DNA of 64,000 nucleotides from a virus: IMG/VR virus record IMGVR_UViG_3300028653_000010; one strand, 5' to 3'. Shown piece by piece: positions 34,162 to 44,963 of this stretch (position 1 is its first letter; each line of letters starts with the position of its first letter). The notes under the pieces were generated by a model. It saw only the letters and a program-made list of their open reading frames with translations, ran no database searches and was not told where the DNA came from. The position numbers and the translations under genes were made by a program.

Positions 34162-35395
34162 CCGATGGCTCTTCCTTCTCGATGCCTACGAAGTGGAATC
34201 CCTTATTAATAGCAGCTACGCAAGTCGTACCTGATCCACAATAAAGGTCTAGGACAGTCCCGTTGGTAGGGGTCGCCATAGTTACCAAGTACTCCATGAG
34301 CCGTACAGGTTTGACCGTATTGTGCTCGTTCTCTTCCCCCTCCTCAAGCCCGGCACTCTTCTCTCGGAGATTGGGTTTGGGGACGTAGAAGAATAGGGAA
34401 TCAGGGTCAACATTCAGGAAGTACTTCGAAGCCCCACCAGCCTCAACCTTGTGCTGTTGATTGAGATGGTAGATCGGACACGAGGGGTGACACTCCCAAG
34501 TATCAATGGTCTCATCCTCTCGATGGACTGTTGTGTACTTGTGACCGGCACCGCCACCAAATGGCTTAGCTCCATCATCAAAGCGATTGATGGGCGGCAT
34601 AGCCACTACCTGACTACCAACCTTCCGGCATAAGTCCGAATGAACGAAGATGACGTTCGGAGGGAGTCGACCCGAAGTCGAGACATCATTGGCTCCAGAC
34701 AGGTCAGAAGAGTTCTTCCACGAGTTACCCATCTTGCCCCCGCGCGCCTTGATGGCGTCTACCCCCGCCTTGTGCTTGGCGAAGTCTGCTAGGGATGAGT
34801 GCTTGACCCTAGAAGCCTCGATGTTGATGACCCCAGTCCCAGTGACTTCAAGCTGCTTGAGCAGGGTCTGTTCAGCAATAGGTTTGCGGAAGACGAGTAT
34901 TGGTTCCCAGTAAGGTTTAAGAGCCGTTCCGAACTCTTTCCATAGAACCGCTAGGTCGAGGAGGCCCGCCTTCTTGAACTCCTTACCGACATCAACATTC
35001 TTGGGCATCCCTTGAGCACGAAGCCACCGAAGGATTGGCGGCCCCATCTCAACCGGGATAGTGTCACGATTCGTGAACCCAGCGATCCGGATTCCAATTG
35101 AGAGGATGTCAATCGTCCGAGTCCCGGCGAACGAGAACAAGAACCCACCGGGCTTGACGACCCTAAGGCATTCCTTCCAGACCAGGACTGAGGGTAAGTC
35201 CCAATCCTTGTTCATGAACTCCCCTGTTACAAGGACCGCCCCATTCAGGTAAGCTAAGATCTCTTCCGGCGTTGGGTCACGCCCACCGAGCCCGTAAGGC
35301 GGATCTGTTACGACACTATCAAAGAAGTTGTCTGGGTAAGTACGGAGAACATCCAAACACTGACCGTGGAGGATGACGTCTACAGGTTGAGTCAC
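34058..35395 (-). CDS. DNA N6/N4 methyltransferase (beta class)
   Basis: TDPPY, HNTVKP, VLDLYCGSGTT. Confidence 0.92.
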   Translation of the reverse strand: MTQPVDVILHGQCLDVLRTYPDNFFDSVVTDPPYGLGGRDPTPEEILAYLNGAVLVTGEFMNKDWDLPSVLVWKECLRVVKPGGFLFSFAGTRTIDILSIGIRIAGFTNRDTIPVEMGPPILRWLRAQGMPKNVDVGKEFKKAGLLDLAVLWKEFGTALKPYWEPILVFRKPIAEQTLLKQLEVTGTGVINIEASRVKHSSLADFAKHKAGVDAIKARGGKMGNSWKNSSDLSGANDVSTSGRLPPNVIFVHSDLCRKVGSQVVAMPPINRFDDGAKPFGGGAGHKYTTVHREDETIDTWECHPSCPIYHLNQQHKVEAGGASKYFLNVDPDSLFFYVPKPNLREKSAGLEEGEENEHNTVKPVRLMEYLVTMATPTNGTVLDLYCGSGTTCVAAINKGFHFVGIEKEEPSVKTARLRVLAAQADRREFEDREVMAGAMYELESE

Positions 35396-35401
35396 GTCCG
35401 G

Positions 35402-36196
35402 CTATACACCAAAGTGGCGCTCAAGAACCCTCTTGATCACCCCTTCATACCGCCTCAACCCTTGCTGGGTCATTGCCTTGTCTTGTAGGCTAGGAAGTAA
35501 CCTCTCCCGCGCAATCTCCTCTGTATTGTGACCTTCTAGCAGGAGCTGGAAGTACTCCACGATATCAGGGAACGTCTCCGGGTTGACAGCGCGCTCTAGC
35601 TCCTTCAGTAGAGCTTCTTGCTCAGCCCTCGGGATCATGTCGCCTAGGCTATCCCATGAAGCTGGCTCGGTGACGAGATCTTCAATGTCACTGTGGGCGC
35701 GTAGCCTTTCTTTACGCATCAAACTGACTGCCTCACTCCTTACAGCTAAGTATGCATAATTCTCAGCGTAGGCGAGTGGCTTCCCCTTGAATTTACTCTC
35801 TAGGGTTGAGTCAGAGAAAAGCTTCATGAATACAAGAGATAGAGTCTCTTGAGACCGCTCGACCTTCATCGAGTCGGATTTGAACAATCGAAGGGCAAGG
35901 CCTAACGCCTTTTGGCCGAAATCTCGACCATACCCGTGCAATCTGTTGATATCCTTGATACTTTTAGGTACCATAGGTGGGGTGGGCATCCCCTCAACTC
36001 CGTAGAGGAGAAATAACCCGTAGATGGATTGACCAAAGACGGAGGCGTCGGACGCGAACCGGATCTGGTGGAGCAAGTGCGCAACTCGAAGGCCCCAAGG
36101 CAACGAGCTGAATACTAGGCGCTTGAGTTCTAGGGAGGCTTTGATGAGACGAGTTCGAGCTGTCACATCAGACCCCCTGAACAAGAGGATTCTCAA
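35402..36196 (-). CDS. Putative sigma-factor-like protein
   Basis: Helical region-2-like segment (QETLSLVFMKL...YAYLAVRSEAVSLMRK) and C-terminal EGHNTEEIA HTH. Confidence 0.5.
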   Translation of the reverse strand: MRILLFRGSDVTARTRLIKASLELKRLVFSSLPWGLRVAHLLHQIRFASDASVFGQSIYGLFLLYGVEGMPTPPMVPKSIKDINRLHGYGRDFGQKALGLALRLFKSDSMKVERSQETLSLVFMKLFSDSTLESKFKGKPLAYAENYAYLAVRSEAVSLMRKERLRAHSDIEDLVTEPASWDSLGDMIPRAEQEALLKELERAVNPETFPDIVEYFQLLLEGHNTEEIARERLLPSLQDKAMTQQGLRRYEGVIKRVLERHFGV

Positions 36197-37323
36197 GTCC
36201 CGAGTGAGAGGGTCTTGAGTCCACGTTTGGGCAGCCCAAGACGCACAACAATCTCTTCAGGGGAGCACCCCTTCGCTAGCAAGATGATGACGTCTTCGTG
36301 GGTTTTCGTCATCACATCCGAGTTGTTATCCACAAGGATCTTTACAGCCTCATGCAACTCGGACAGTGTGTCTTGAGTCGAGGTGTTTGACACGAGGGTG
36401 TCTTCCCATGACCGACCCGTCTCAGGGTCTGTCCCTGGGAAGTGCTCCTTGTACCGTCGAGACCGAGTCCGACACCAGTTGGCGTAGATGTTGTGAACCG
36501 CGCGAGCAAGATACAGTTTGAAGAACGGTTTTGACTTGATCTTCCTAGGACAGATGGCCTTGTTATTACGCTTGCCTCTAGCTTCCCGCTCCAACCGGAA
36601 CCGTTCAATATCCTCTCGAGAGTAAAGCGCCTTCTTTGAAGCCCACGTACCCTCAATGGGTACTGGGGCCCACTCAGACTTGGAACGTACCACTGGAGGA
36701 CTGATCTGGCGCAAGCAGATGAAGCAAGTGGTCTTGTACCGGTCGGCTTCATCCATACCCCTTCGGAAGGCAACGCTAGGGTCCTTCACGGCGTACCAGA
36801 AGGTCTTCTGCTTCGAGGTCAGGCCAAGCGATGCCAGCATTCTCTTGAACCAGTTAGTCCTCAACGGATCACTCTTGTACCGGTTGAAAGCCTTGCCAAA
36901 CTCAACCATGTTCCTACCGCAACAGTGGCAGGTGCCGTGATCCCGTCGAAGGAGTTTGCCCTTAGTGTCTTTTGACACACTTCGAATGCGGTCGAGATGG
37001 CGATCCTCACCAATAAGGTGACGGTGAACGGCGCGCTTCAGTGATCCCCACTCTATATCTAGATAAGCACACGCTTCGAGCGCGGTCATCTTCTTAGGGA
37101 GGGAGCTTGAGTCATTGTACTTCTGAATGACGTCAACTTCGACCAACTTCATCCATACGTGCTGGAGAAGGTCCTCGAAATTAGCTTGAACACGATTGTA
37201 CCGTGTGACTAACCTCGTAACAAATGGTGAGTAGGTGTCATATAACACAGTAAAGTTTGAGGGTATGAAATCATCAGGTAAATTTCCTACTAAATTAGCC
37301 ACAGTTTCCCTTTTTAAGGTCAA
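36193..37323 (-). CDS. ECF-like sigma factor with large insertion in region 2
   Basis: YSPFV...FEDLLQHVWMKL and YLARAVHN...NWCR separated by HTH and RDxxxCxCC segments; C-terminal GCSPEEI...LGL. Confidence 0.65.
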   Translation of the reverse strand: MTLKRETVANLVGNLPDDFIPSNFTVLYDTYSPFVTRLVTRYNRVQANFEDLLQHVWMKLVEVDVIQKYNDSSSLPKKMTALEACAYLDIEWGSLKRAVHRHLIGEDRHLDRIRSVSKDTKGKLLRRDHGTCHCCGRNMVEFGKAFNRYKSDPLRTNWFKRMLASLGLTSKQKTFWYAVKDPSVAFRRGMDEADRYKTTCFICLRQISPPVVRSKSEWAPVPIEGTWASKKALYSREDIERFRLEREARGKRNNKAICPRKIKSKPFFKLYLARAVHNIYANWCRTRSRRYKEHFPGTDPETGRSWEDTLVSNTSTQDTLSELHEAVKILVDNNSDVMTKTHEDVIILLAKGCSPEEIVVRLGLPKRGLKTLSLGT

Positions 37324-37346
37324 AGCACCAAACTCTACCTACTAGT

Positions 37347-38087
37347 GTGATTCTCTACCTATGTCGGACTCGGTGTATTATCTCAGTGGACTTGTTGTTG
37401 TCAACTTCAAATAAGGCTGTGAACGAATCAATGGTTAATAGTAGTCGCAAGAGGTCTACCTCTAGAGGAGGGGTACGCAAACATCTCTCACCATCTGAGC
37501 CACTAAGTCTAAGCAACGATCCTGATCTGCCTGATGACTCTGAGGATACTAGTACTATCATCTCAGAGATGGCTGCACAGAAGGCTGTTTTTGACGCGGC
37601 TTTTTCTGATACACCGAATAGAGAGAGGGTTACGACTTATTCTGAAAAGACTTTGAGGTTACTTCCTGTCAGCCCCGACAAGTTCGAAACAAGGCTGTTG
37701 ATATTCTGCTTGAACTACTGCTTAGATGTCGTGCGCAGCGATCTAATCCCTACGAAAACAAAGGGGAGACGTTGGTCTCGGAAGACCTTTGAGGCCCTAT
37801 CCATAGGCTGGATGAGGTGGATGACGGATCGAAGCGATGATGGAGTTCTGTTCTACATATCTAACATGCACAACGATGAGCCAAGAGACGAAGACAAGTC
37901 TTTTGACACACTAATTTTGAACTTCTGGTCTAAAGCTATTGAACTATTGGTACTGAATCGGCCCACTGAGGCCAAGAAGTTCTTCGATAGGGCGAATGAA
38001 GTTGGAGCTCAAATTGGAACCAGTATCAATCCGTCCATCTGTTGGACTTACGCTACGAGCTTCTACATGTTGAGGGGTACGAGGTAG
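37347..38087 (+). CDS. Hypothetical protein
   Basis: ~240-aa ORF; start uncertain. Confidence 0.7.
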   Translation: MILYLCRTRCIISVDLLLSTSNKAVNESMVNSSRKRSTSRGGVRKHLSPSEPLSLSNDPDLPDDSEDTSTIISEMAAQKAVFDAAFSDTPNRERVTTYSEKTLRLLPVSPDKFETRLLIFCLNYCLDVVRSDLIPTKTKGRRWSRKTFEALSIGWMRWMTDRSDDGVLFYISNMHNDEPRDEDKSFDTLILNFWSKAIELLVLNRPTEAKKFFDRANEVGAQIGTSINPSICWTYATSFYMLRGTR

Positions 38088-38709
38088 TGGGGTTGCTTCT
38101 ATATGGGTTGAGGTATCGGTTATCTTGTTCTCACTGAGAGTATTTGAAGTTACGGTTATTGTGGTTGAAGTTGCTATCAGTATTCGAATTGAATGTGGAA
38201 TTTGAGTCCTCAGCTTCACCACTAATTACTTCTCTCGTAGAGAGAGAAGTAATCATAGAGATAATGATCGATCCCAATGAAGAAGTAGACCTTGGATCAG
38301 ATGATCCGCGGAGCGACTTCAACAGTGTTAGATCGGTCATTCGTTCTAATCTCTATTCGGGGTACTAATCAAAGCGGACTGAGGGAGAACATCTCGCAGC
38401 CGCTCTTACAGAGGGATTATTCTTCGAGTCCAAATAGCTCTCTCGAAGAACAGAGCCCAATGAAACCAGATACGGAGACACTTCGATGAGAAGTGATGGC
38501 CAATTCCGTACTGAGGCATTTATTGATTTTCGTGGAGGTCTCTGTAGAGCTGCACAGAGTTCCGCGTACCCTTTGGTAAGGGTCAAGGATCAGGGAACCT
38601 TCCTCTACGGCCATGTGAGGGTCTCGTCTTATACACCCTCCAAGATCCCAGTGTCTAGATCATTTTTCTGGTGTATCGATCTTAGTGTTACTTCTGAGGT
38701 AAGTCGAAC

Positions 38710-39027
38710 ATGAACCGAGCAAGCATCGTTAAATTCAGCGATATGAAGCAGTCACCTGAGGTGCGCATGGATCTTCCTGAGCCAATACCAATCGGCAGTA
38801 AGATTAAGATCGCATTCACACTGAGTCGAGTGAACCGGGGGCGCACCGAAGAGCTAAAAGTGAACGGTGAGTTCCAAGTCACCTCAGTAGTTTCTGATCT
38901 TACACGTGGAACTACCAAGCAGGTAGTAACAGTTTCCTCAATTGGACTTGCCCCAGCATGGGTGGCAGTCAAGTCTACCCCTAAGAAGCTAGCTCCAACC
39001 CATTGCGGACCCACCAAGGTGCTATGA
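38710..39027 (+). CDS. Hypothetical protein
   Basis: 105-aa ORF with GAGG Shine-Dalgarno. Confidence 0.65.
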   Translation: MNRASIVKFSDMKQSPEVRMDLPEPIPIGSKIKIAFTLSRVNRGRTEELKVNGEFQVTSVVSDLTRGTTKQVVTVSSIGLAPAWVAVKSTPKKLAPTHCGPTKVL

Positions 39028-39320
39028 GCGACACCCCTAGCTTCGCCACCGGTACCGAGAAGCTGCCACGTTCAGTCTACTTCAGGAATCACAGCCTTCT
39101 CATTTGCCGAGGTACGCCATCCGAGATGGTCTTGGAAATGGTATCCAGAGACCCCCCGTTGACCGTACGAGAGTCTTTGGAGTACCTCGTGAGGCATATA
39201 GCCGCGACGCGCAACTTCACCATAGAGCTACCCTGGCAAGCCACTGACGAGATCCTCTGCAACCTCTTCATCAAGGTCTTGCTCGAGGCTGGCATCGTCG
39301 AACCAACCCCACTGTCCTAA
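39024..39320 (+). CDS. Hypothetical protein
   Basis: ATGA-coupled to the upstream ORF. Confidence 0.6.
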   Translation: MSDTPSFATGTEKLPRSVYFRNHSLLICRGTPSEMVLEMVSRDPPLTVRESLEYLVRHIAATRNFTIELPWQATDEILCNLFIKVLLEAGIVEPTPLS

Positions 39321-39354
39321 CAATCAACCAGATGTTTGTAACTGGGTCTCTTAA

Positions 39355-39951
39355 ATGCCGGTTACACACCCCATTAAATCGGTGTACTTGAATCCTATGC
39401 AACAAGGTATTCTGTCGGGGAAAGAGATTGAAATGGAGACTCATCTCGGTGAGATCGACATAAGTCCGTTCGAGGTTTCTCAATTAAACCCAGCCTCCTA
39501 TGACCTCACACTTGGCGATGGAATCACAGTGTACAATAAGGTCTGGAAGAGCGGTAGTTACTTGGACCCCAAGGTGGACAACCCAACGAACTCCTTCAAG
39601 ATGGGTCCTGAGGGGTTCATACTCAAACCTGGCATCGGATACCTGATGCACACTAGAGAGAGTGTCGGAACCAACAAGTATGTCCCAGCAATTGACGGTA
39701 AGTCAAGCATAGGACGGCTATTTGTGCTGGTTCATGTAACCGCCGGTCTCGGGGACCCTGGTTTCTATGGTCAGTACACACTCGAAGTACTAGCCACCTA
39801 TCCTATCAGGTTATACCCAGGGATGAGAATCTGTCAAATACGATTTTTCACCATTCGTGGTGAAGTTGATCTTTACAAGGGGCATTATCAAGGTGATAAT
39901 GCCAAAGGCGCGGTAGCGTCACGTGCTTACGAACAGTTTGGTGACAAATGA
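39355..39951 (+). CDS. dcd: dCTP deaminase
   Basis: NPASYDL, GKSSIGRL, DPGFYGQYTLE, ICQIRF. Confidence 0.93.
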   Translation: MPVTHPIKSVYLNPMQQGILSGKEIEMETHLGEIDISPFEVSQLNPASYDLTLGDGITVYNKVWKSGSYLDPKVDNPTNSFKMGPEGFILKPGIGYLMHTRESVGTNKYVPAIDGKSSIGRLFVLVHVTAGLGDPGFYGQYTLEVLATYPIRLYPGMRICQIRFFTIRGEVDLYKGHYQGDNAKGAVASRAYEQFGDK

Positions 39952-40598
39952 TACGAGATCACATAGCCATTGCCTACTCAAATGCTCTAGAACAGGAATC
40001 TGCTAAAGGATCTGAGGAGATCACCGGAATTAGCCCGCTGAAGATGGTCTACTACCCTAGCGATATCCTCAATCAGGTCTGTGTTCCCGTAGAAGAGGTC
40101 ACTGAGGAGATCAAGCAGCTGGCGCGAGACATGCTCTTGACCATGATGTTAGAGGGTGGGGTAGGTCTAGCGGCCCCCCAGGTTGGGAAGAGCATCCGAA
40201 TGTTCGTGGTCGACGTCCGGTGGCCAGAGGACTTGGAACGTTCTGACCCTCATATCTTCATCAACCCAGAGTTGGTCCTACCCGAAGGAAAAGAACCGGT
40301 CATGAGCCGGGAGGGCTGTCTGTCCTTCCCCGGTGGTAGCGCAAAGATGCCTCGCTACGAGACCATCAAGGTGAAGTACTTAGATGGTGAGGGATTCCCC
40401 ACTGAAATCGAGGCTGAGGACTTCTTTGCCAAAGCGATTCAACACGAGATGGATCACTTGGACGGTAAGACCATTCAGGGGGCGATATCAACCCTCGACA
40501 TGATGACGGTTCGGAAGAACATTCTGGCCAAGTCTAGACAACACAAGCGAGAGGCTAAACCTCATCATCACCAGAAAAACGGGCGCAAACATTTCTAA
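39948..40598 (+). CDS. def: Peptide deformylase
   Basis: GVGLAAPQVG, EGCLS, QHEMDHLDG. Confidence 0.96.
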   Translation: MIRDHIAIAYSNALEQESAKGSEEITGISPLKMVYYPSDILNQVCVPVEEVTEEIKQLARDMLLTMMLEGGVGLAAPQVGKSIRMFVVDVRWPEDLERSDPHIFINPELVLPEGKEPVMSREGCLSFPGGSAKMPRYETIKVKYLDGEGFPTEIEAEDFFAKAIQHEMDHLDGKTIQGAISTLDMMTVRKNILAKSRQHKREAKPHHHQKNGRKHF

Positions 40599-40818
40599 CT
40601 AGTTGGTGCTCTGCAGCTACCACAGGGTCCTTGTGCTCATGCCAGATCTTGTAGAGCCCCATCACCTTGTTTTGCTTCCGTCCCTTGGGGATCGGTTCAA
40701 TCTCAATGGTTGGGTTTCCGTGCTTGTCTTGCCCGAATGAGACAACGCGACCACGGTGGTTTTTCCATCGGCCATAGAGAATAACATCTCCAAGGTTGAA
40801 GTACGCACTGAGCTTCAT
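40555..40818 (-). CDS. Small hypothetical (SH3-like) protein
   Basis: GDVILYGRWKN; C-terminal NVCARF motif. Confidence 0.7.
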   Translation of the reverse strand: MKLSAYFNLGDVILYGRWKNHRGRVVSFGQDKHGNPTIEIEPIPKGRKQNKVMGLYKIWHEHKDPVVAAEHQLVRNVCARFSGDDEV

Positions 40819-40905
40819 TGGTTACTACCATAGCTAGTACGTCAAAACTTTATTGGGAGTCCTGAGGTATGGGCGCTGATAGAGCACTCATACGGCAGTC
40901 ATGGT

Positions 40906-42312
40906 ATGGCTGCGTCTCCGCACGTTCTAGTTCAAGATGGCACTGGTCCGCTAATCAACCCTGATCACACAGGAGATCCGAACTACCCAGCTGGAGTAAA
41001 CGTCACTCCAGGCAACACGATATCCATCACGCTAGTAAGTGCTGATAGCGTTGGGCAGTGGACTCTCAGGGTAGTAGGTACTGATGAGGATACTGTTGTC
41101 CCAGTCCTCGCTAACGTAGACCCCATAACAGGTATCGTCTCGACCCCCGGTAGCACGGTAACCTTCACGGTTCCTGCAGGGGTAGCTGGTCGAGCCTACA
41201 TCTTCCAGTCCATAGCCAACAACGGGGGTCCGGCATACACGACGACGTTTGGGATCTATACCCTGACAGCTAGCTCATTTCGTGTAGGCGCCCTAGGAGA
41301 ACGCTTCGAGAATGATCCGGTCTTTGGTTGGGCTAGGACCCTCAATCAATTCATCAAGCGTGGCGGGGGTGGTGGCGGCTCGAGTGTAGAGGCGTTTATT
41401 GATGGGGGTTCGATTGGAAATTTCACAAAGCTCAATATTACTGGTACTACTACCTTCAACACCCCAACCCTGACTTCAAGTGAGCTCAACCTACCTATAA
41501 GCCCGGCAGGGACTTGGTCTGCAGTTGGTAACACGGGGACTGATGAACTACAACCCAGTGAGATCTTTCCATACCAAAACTTTGGGCTTTTCTTTGACGC
41601 TTCACTTGGTTCAGGTAACCCACTTGGGATAATGACCGATAGGATGACGGTCAAAGCAGTCTCCTTAGTTGCCTCCCCTGATCCAGGTAATCCATCACAC
41701 TTTGATGGGGTAACTCTTAGTAACGCTGATCTAGTGTTACTATCTAGAGGGTCGTTAGGGTCAAACACTATTTACTGGTATATTGGTGGTAGTTTAGTAC
41801 CTTACCCATTTATTCCCTGGATGACTACAGGGTTTCAGGTTTATGTTAGAGAAGGTAGCGTTTATGCTGGAAAAACGTTTAGGCAGACAGCTGTAGCGGA
41901 TCCAGCACCCGTAGCTTCTTTCCATAACCAGGTTTGGAAGTGTGAACTTGGTCCTGATATCGCGCCACCACTCACCACCTATAATGGTACTGGCGGCGGG
42001 GTAACCTGGCATATTATCGACACTATTGTAGGTCCACCAGCAGATGGATACGACTTGCTTGTAGTAACTGACAACATTGCTACTAATACAGGTACTGGGG
42101 ATAACCTCCAGAGGGAGCGTGGGGTGGTCACCTATCACCGCGCCGGAGGAACCCTATCTCTGTCTGATGATAGTCGATCTCTTACCTCAGCCACCTACTT
42201 CAGACAGGTGATTAATGGGAACTCGGTGCAACTCCAGGTGGGTCAGCAAGCATCCGGTAATCACTACAGCTTTAGGGTTCGAGCTTGGTTCGAGTACGTG
42301 AGGGCACTCTAA
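40906..42312 (+). CDS. Putative virion structural protein
   Basis: 468 aa, G/T/S/P-rich, poly-Gly linker. Confidence 0.6.
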   Translation: MAASPHVLVQDGTGPLINPDHTGDPNYPAGVNVTPGNTISITLVSADSVGQWTLRVVGTDEDTVVPVLANVDPITGIVSTPGSTVTFTVPAGVAGRAYIFQSIANNGGPAYTTTFGIYTLTASSFRVGALGERFENDPVFGWARTLNQFIKRGGGGGGSSVEAFIDGGSIGNFTKLNITGTTTFNTPTLTSSELNLPISPAGTWSAVGNTGTDELQPSEIFPYQNFGLFFDASLGSGNPLGIMTDRMTVKAVSLVASPDPGNPSHFDGVTLSNADLVLLSRGSLGSNTIYWYIGGSLVPYPFIPWMTTGFQVYVREGSVYAGKTFRQTAVADPAPVASFHNQVWKCELGPDIAPPLTTYNGTGGGVTWHIIDTIVGPPADGYDLLVVTDNIATNTGTGDNLQRERGVVTYHRAGGTLSLSDDSRSLTSATYFRQVINGNSVQLQVGQQASGNHYSFRVRAWFEYVRAL

Positions 42313-44123
42313 TGAGAACCATTGCACGAGCCCCCGAGTGGGCCTTAGGCAAGCGCCCACTTATTGGGGGGCACATGTGGGTCCCTCTTGGCTCAGCAAA
42401 TCTAGTACCGCGCGTCAACATAGCTACCGGGGCTATTGACAGCACCGTTACCGCTGGTGACAACCCCCAAGCGATAGTATGGGATGGTGGATCCTATATG
42501 TACTTGGCTGAGGTTGATGGGGATTCAGTTCAAAGAGTTAGGATATCCAGTCTTGCACTAGATAGTACTACTAACATTGGATCTCAACCGATTGCGCTAG
42601 CTAGGGATACTAGCTTCGTGTACGTGGTTGACAATGAAAACACGATTACTCGAATTGCAATTGTCTCGGGGGTTGTAGACTCTAACATCAACTTCAGTAG
42701 TAGTGACGGTGTTCCCAACAAGGTGGCTTGGGATGGCAGCTTCAATATGTGGGTAACTGCCAACAATACTAACCCAAACACGAACAAGATTCTGGAAGTA
42801 TCAGTAGATACTTGGCCTAGTTATTCGTCAGTACATCTGATGAATGCCCCTAATTCATGGGGCGTTGCACGAGACGGGTCTGGTCACATCTACACAGCAA
42901 ACTTTGGGCAAGGGACGGTCTCTAGAATCATTGCTTCTACTGGAGTTATTGACTTAGTCATCCCTGTTGGGATATCTCCAATTGATATCGCGTGGGATGG
43001 TGGGGCCCACATGTACACAGTGGACCAGGATGGTTCAGTCTACAGGATCCTGATCTCAACAGGAGTTGTTGATCTGATCATCCCTGTTGGTTCTAATCCA
43101 TATAGGGTTGCGTGGGACGGAGGGGCCCACATGTATGTCACTAACAATGGCACCAACACTGTATCTAGAATCCTGATCTCGAGCGGAGCTGTCGATGCGA
43201 CCATCTCCCTGGGGTCAGGATTTCCAACTGGGGTTGCTTGGGATGGCGGCCTCTACATGTACGTATCCATGGATAGTACAAACGTAGCTAGGAGGATTCT
43301 AATCTCTTCTGGAGTAGTAAGTGATCTCATTAGTGTTGGTAGTGAACCGGTTGATATTGCATGGGACGGTGGACTCTACATGTATGTCGCTAGTCAGAAC
43401 GACAACACAGTTACCAGGATAGCAATAGCAGATCTGAGTACTACTACCATAAGCAGTGCTGAAACTAACCCATTCGGAATTGAATGGGATGGTGGCTCAT
43501 ACATGTATGTTGTTGGTCGTGGTGGGAACACTGCTCATAGGATCCAGATCGCAACAGGCGCTCTACTTGGATCCGCAATTACACTTGGGAACTCCCCTCG
43601 TGCTATCGCTTGGGACGGTGTGTCCCACATGTTTGCGGTCAATAGTAGCGATGGAACAGTGTCTAGCGTGGACACTACAACCGCAACAGTCAACCTGACT
43701 ATCCCTCTATTAAACGACTTTAAGGGAGTTGCTTGGGACGGTGCGGACCACATGTATGTGGTTAGCTCGTTATCCAATCAAGTAATCCGAATCAGTCTGA
43801 CGAGTAACAATGTCGATGCTATGATCTTCGTAGGGAGTAGCCCGAATAAAATAGCGTGGGATGGGGCGGACCACATGTATGTCACTAATTCCGGTGACGG
43901 AACTGTATCACTCATAGAGATCTCTTCAGGGACAGTTGACTCAACTATCAGTGTCGGGACAACTCCAGACGAGGTTGCCTGGGACGGTGCGGACCACATG
44001 TATGTGAACAACAAGGGTAGCAACAATATCTCGCGCATCCTGATCTCCTCAGGGACAGTGGATGCTACCATTAGTGTGGCAGGTATCCCGAGCGGTCTTG
44101 CAGGGGATGGCCCACTTCGATAG
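42312..44123 (+). CDS. YVTN/YncE-type beta-propeller repeat protein
   Basis: About 14 repeats of PxxxAWDGxxHMYVxNxxxxTVSRI. Confidence 0.88.
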   Translation: MRTIARAPEWALGKRPLIGGHMWVPLGSANLVPRVNIATGAIDSTVTAGDNPQAIVWDGGSYMYLAEVDGDSVQRVRISSLALDSTTNIGSQPIALARDTSFVYVVDNENTITRIAIVSGVVDSNINFSSSDGVPNKVAWDGSFNMWVTANNTNPNTNKILEVSVDTWPSYSSVHLMNAPNSWGVARDGSGHIYTANFGQGTVSRIIASTGVIDLVIPVGISPIDIAWDGGAHMYTVDQDGSVYRILISTGVVDLIIPVGSNPYRVAWDGGAHMYVTNNGTNTVSRILISSGAVDATISLGSGFPTGVAWDGGLYMYVSMDSTNVARRILISSGVVSDLISVGSEPVDIAWDGGLYMYVASQNDNTVTRIAIADLSTTTISSAETNPFGIEWDGGSYMYVVGRGGNTAHRIQIATGALLGSAITLGNSPRAIAWDGVSHMFAVNSSDGTVSSVDTTTATVNLTIPLLNDFKGVAWDGADHMYVVSSLSNQVIRISLTSNNVDAMIFVGSSPNKIAWDGADHMYVTNSGDGTVSLIEISSGTVDSTISVGTTPDEVAWDGADHMYVNNKGSNNISRILISSGTVDATISVAGIPSGLAGDGPLR

Positions 44124-44126
44124 TAC

Positions 44127-44372
44127 TTAGGTCTTCTTCCTCTTGTTCGGGATTACAACTGTCTCAATCAATCCTGGGTGCTCTCCACTATCCGCTGAAG
44201 TCAACTTGTAGAGACCAGGATCAACGGGATGCAGTGACTCCTTTGGAGGTGGGTCACTCTTAACCTTTTCCACCACGGCTATCGTAGCCTCAAGAACCCC
44301 ATCCAACTCAGCCTTGACTGATTGCATGAGCCCAGACTGGTGCCTGAAGATCTTTGGGTGGGGCCGATCCAT
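44127..44372 (-). CDS. Hypothetical protein
   Basis: 81-aa ORF. Confidence 0.55.
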   Translation of the reverse strand: MDRPHPKIFRHQSGLMQSVKAELDGVLEATIAVVEKVKSDPPPKESLHPVDPGLYKLTSADSGEHPGLIETVVIPNKRKKT

Positions 44373-44374
44373 GG

Positions 44375-44896
44375 TTATCTCTTAGTGAGGCCTAATGCCA
44401 TGTGCAAGCCTTGGAGGAGCCCTTTGACCTCAAACACAGTAGTTCTAACTCCCGCTATTTCCTCGGCACGCTTACGATCAGCAGCTTCGAATTCCTCCTC
44501 CATAACCATGCGCTTGACCCTCATGTCAAGTCGTTGAAGGCTCTCTTCAATCTCCCTCACCTTGACTTCAAAGTTCTTAATACGATGGATTAGGGAAGGT
44601 AGGGCTGTCGTATCAGCCTCAAGCATATCATCAAAGCTGAGGAAGGACGGGCGACGCCTACGAGCGTCGGTTGTCTCCTCAGTGTCTCGTTTGACATCCT
44701 TGATGGTCTCCTCTAGCCTGACTATTGCGTAAGCAAGTCCGGTTTTAGATTCAAAAGAACCAACCTTCTTCTCAAGTTCCTCGACCTTCTTTCGAATGTC
44801 CTTGAAAAGAGCGAAGACAGTAGTGAACGCGGTACCGCCACCGGATAAGACGGCAGTAATCAAACTGCCGATCAAGGTCTCTGGGGTGAAGGACAT
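44375..44896 (-). CDS. Membrane-anchored coiled-coil protein
   Basis: N-terminal hydrophobic helix then heptad pattern. Confidence 0.65.
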   Translation of the reverse strand: MSFTPETLIGSLITAVLSGGGTAFTTVFALFKDIRKKVEELEKKVGSFESKTGLAYAIVRLEETIKDVKRDTEETTDARRRRPSFLSFDDMLEADTTALPSLIHRIKNFEVKVREIEESLQRLDMRVKRMVMEEEFEAADRKRAEEIAGVRTTVFEVKGLLQGLHMALGLTKR

Positions 44897-44963
44897 TACA
44901 CAAAGGACACCGCAGAAGTAAATCCGCAGTGCCCTTTGCAATCAACTAACTATACTTGGTTAC

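Noticed and set aside
38088-38700. Replication origin or coding genes in an ORF-poor stretch
   Set aside because: Several short overlapping ORFs with no motif, and no iterons or DnaA-box cluster that I could support.
42312-44123. Diversity-generating retroelement repeats
   Set aside because: The repeats are protein-level beta-propeller blades; there is no reverse transcriptase or adenine-specific template/variable pair in the window.
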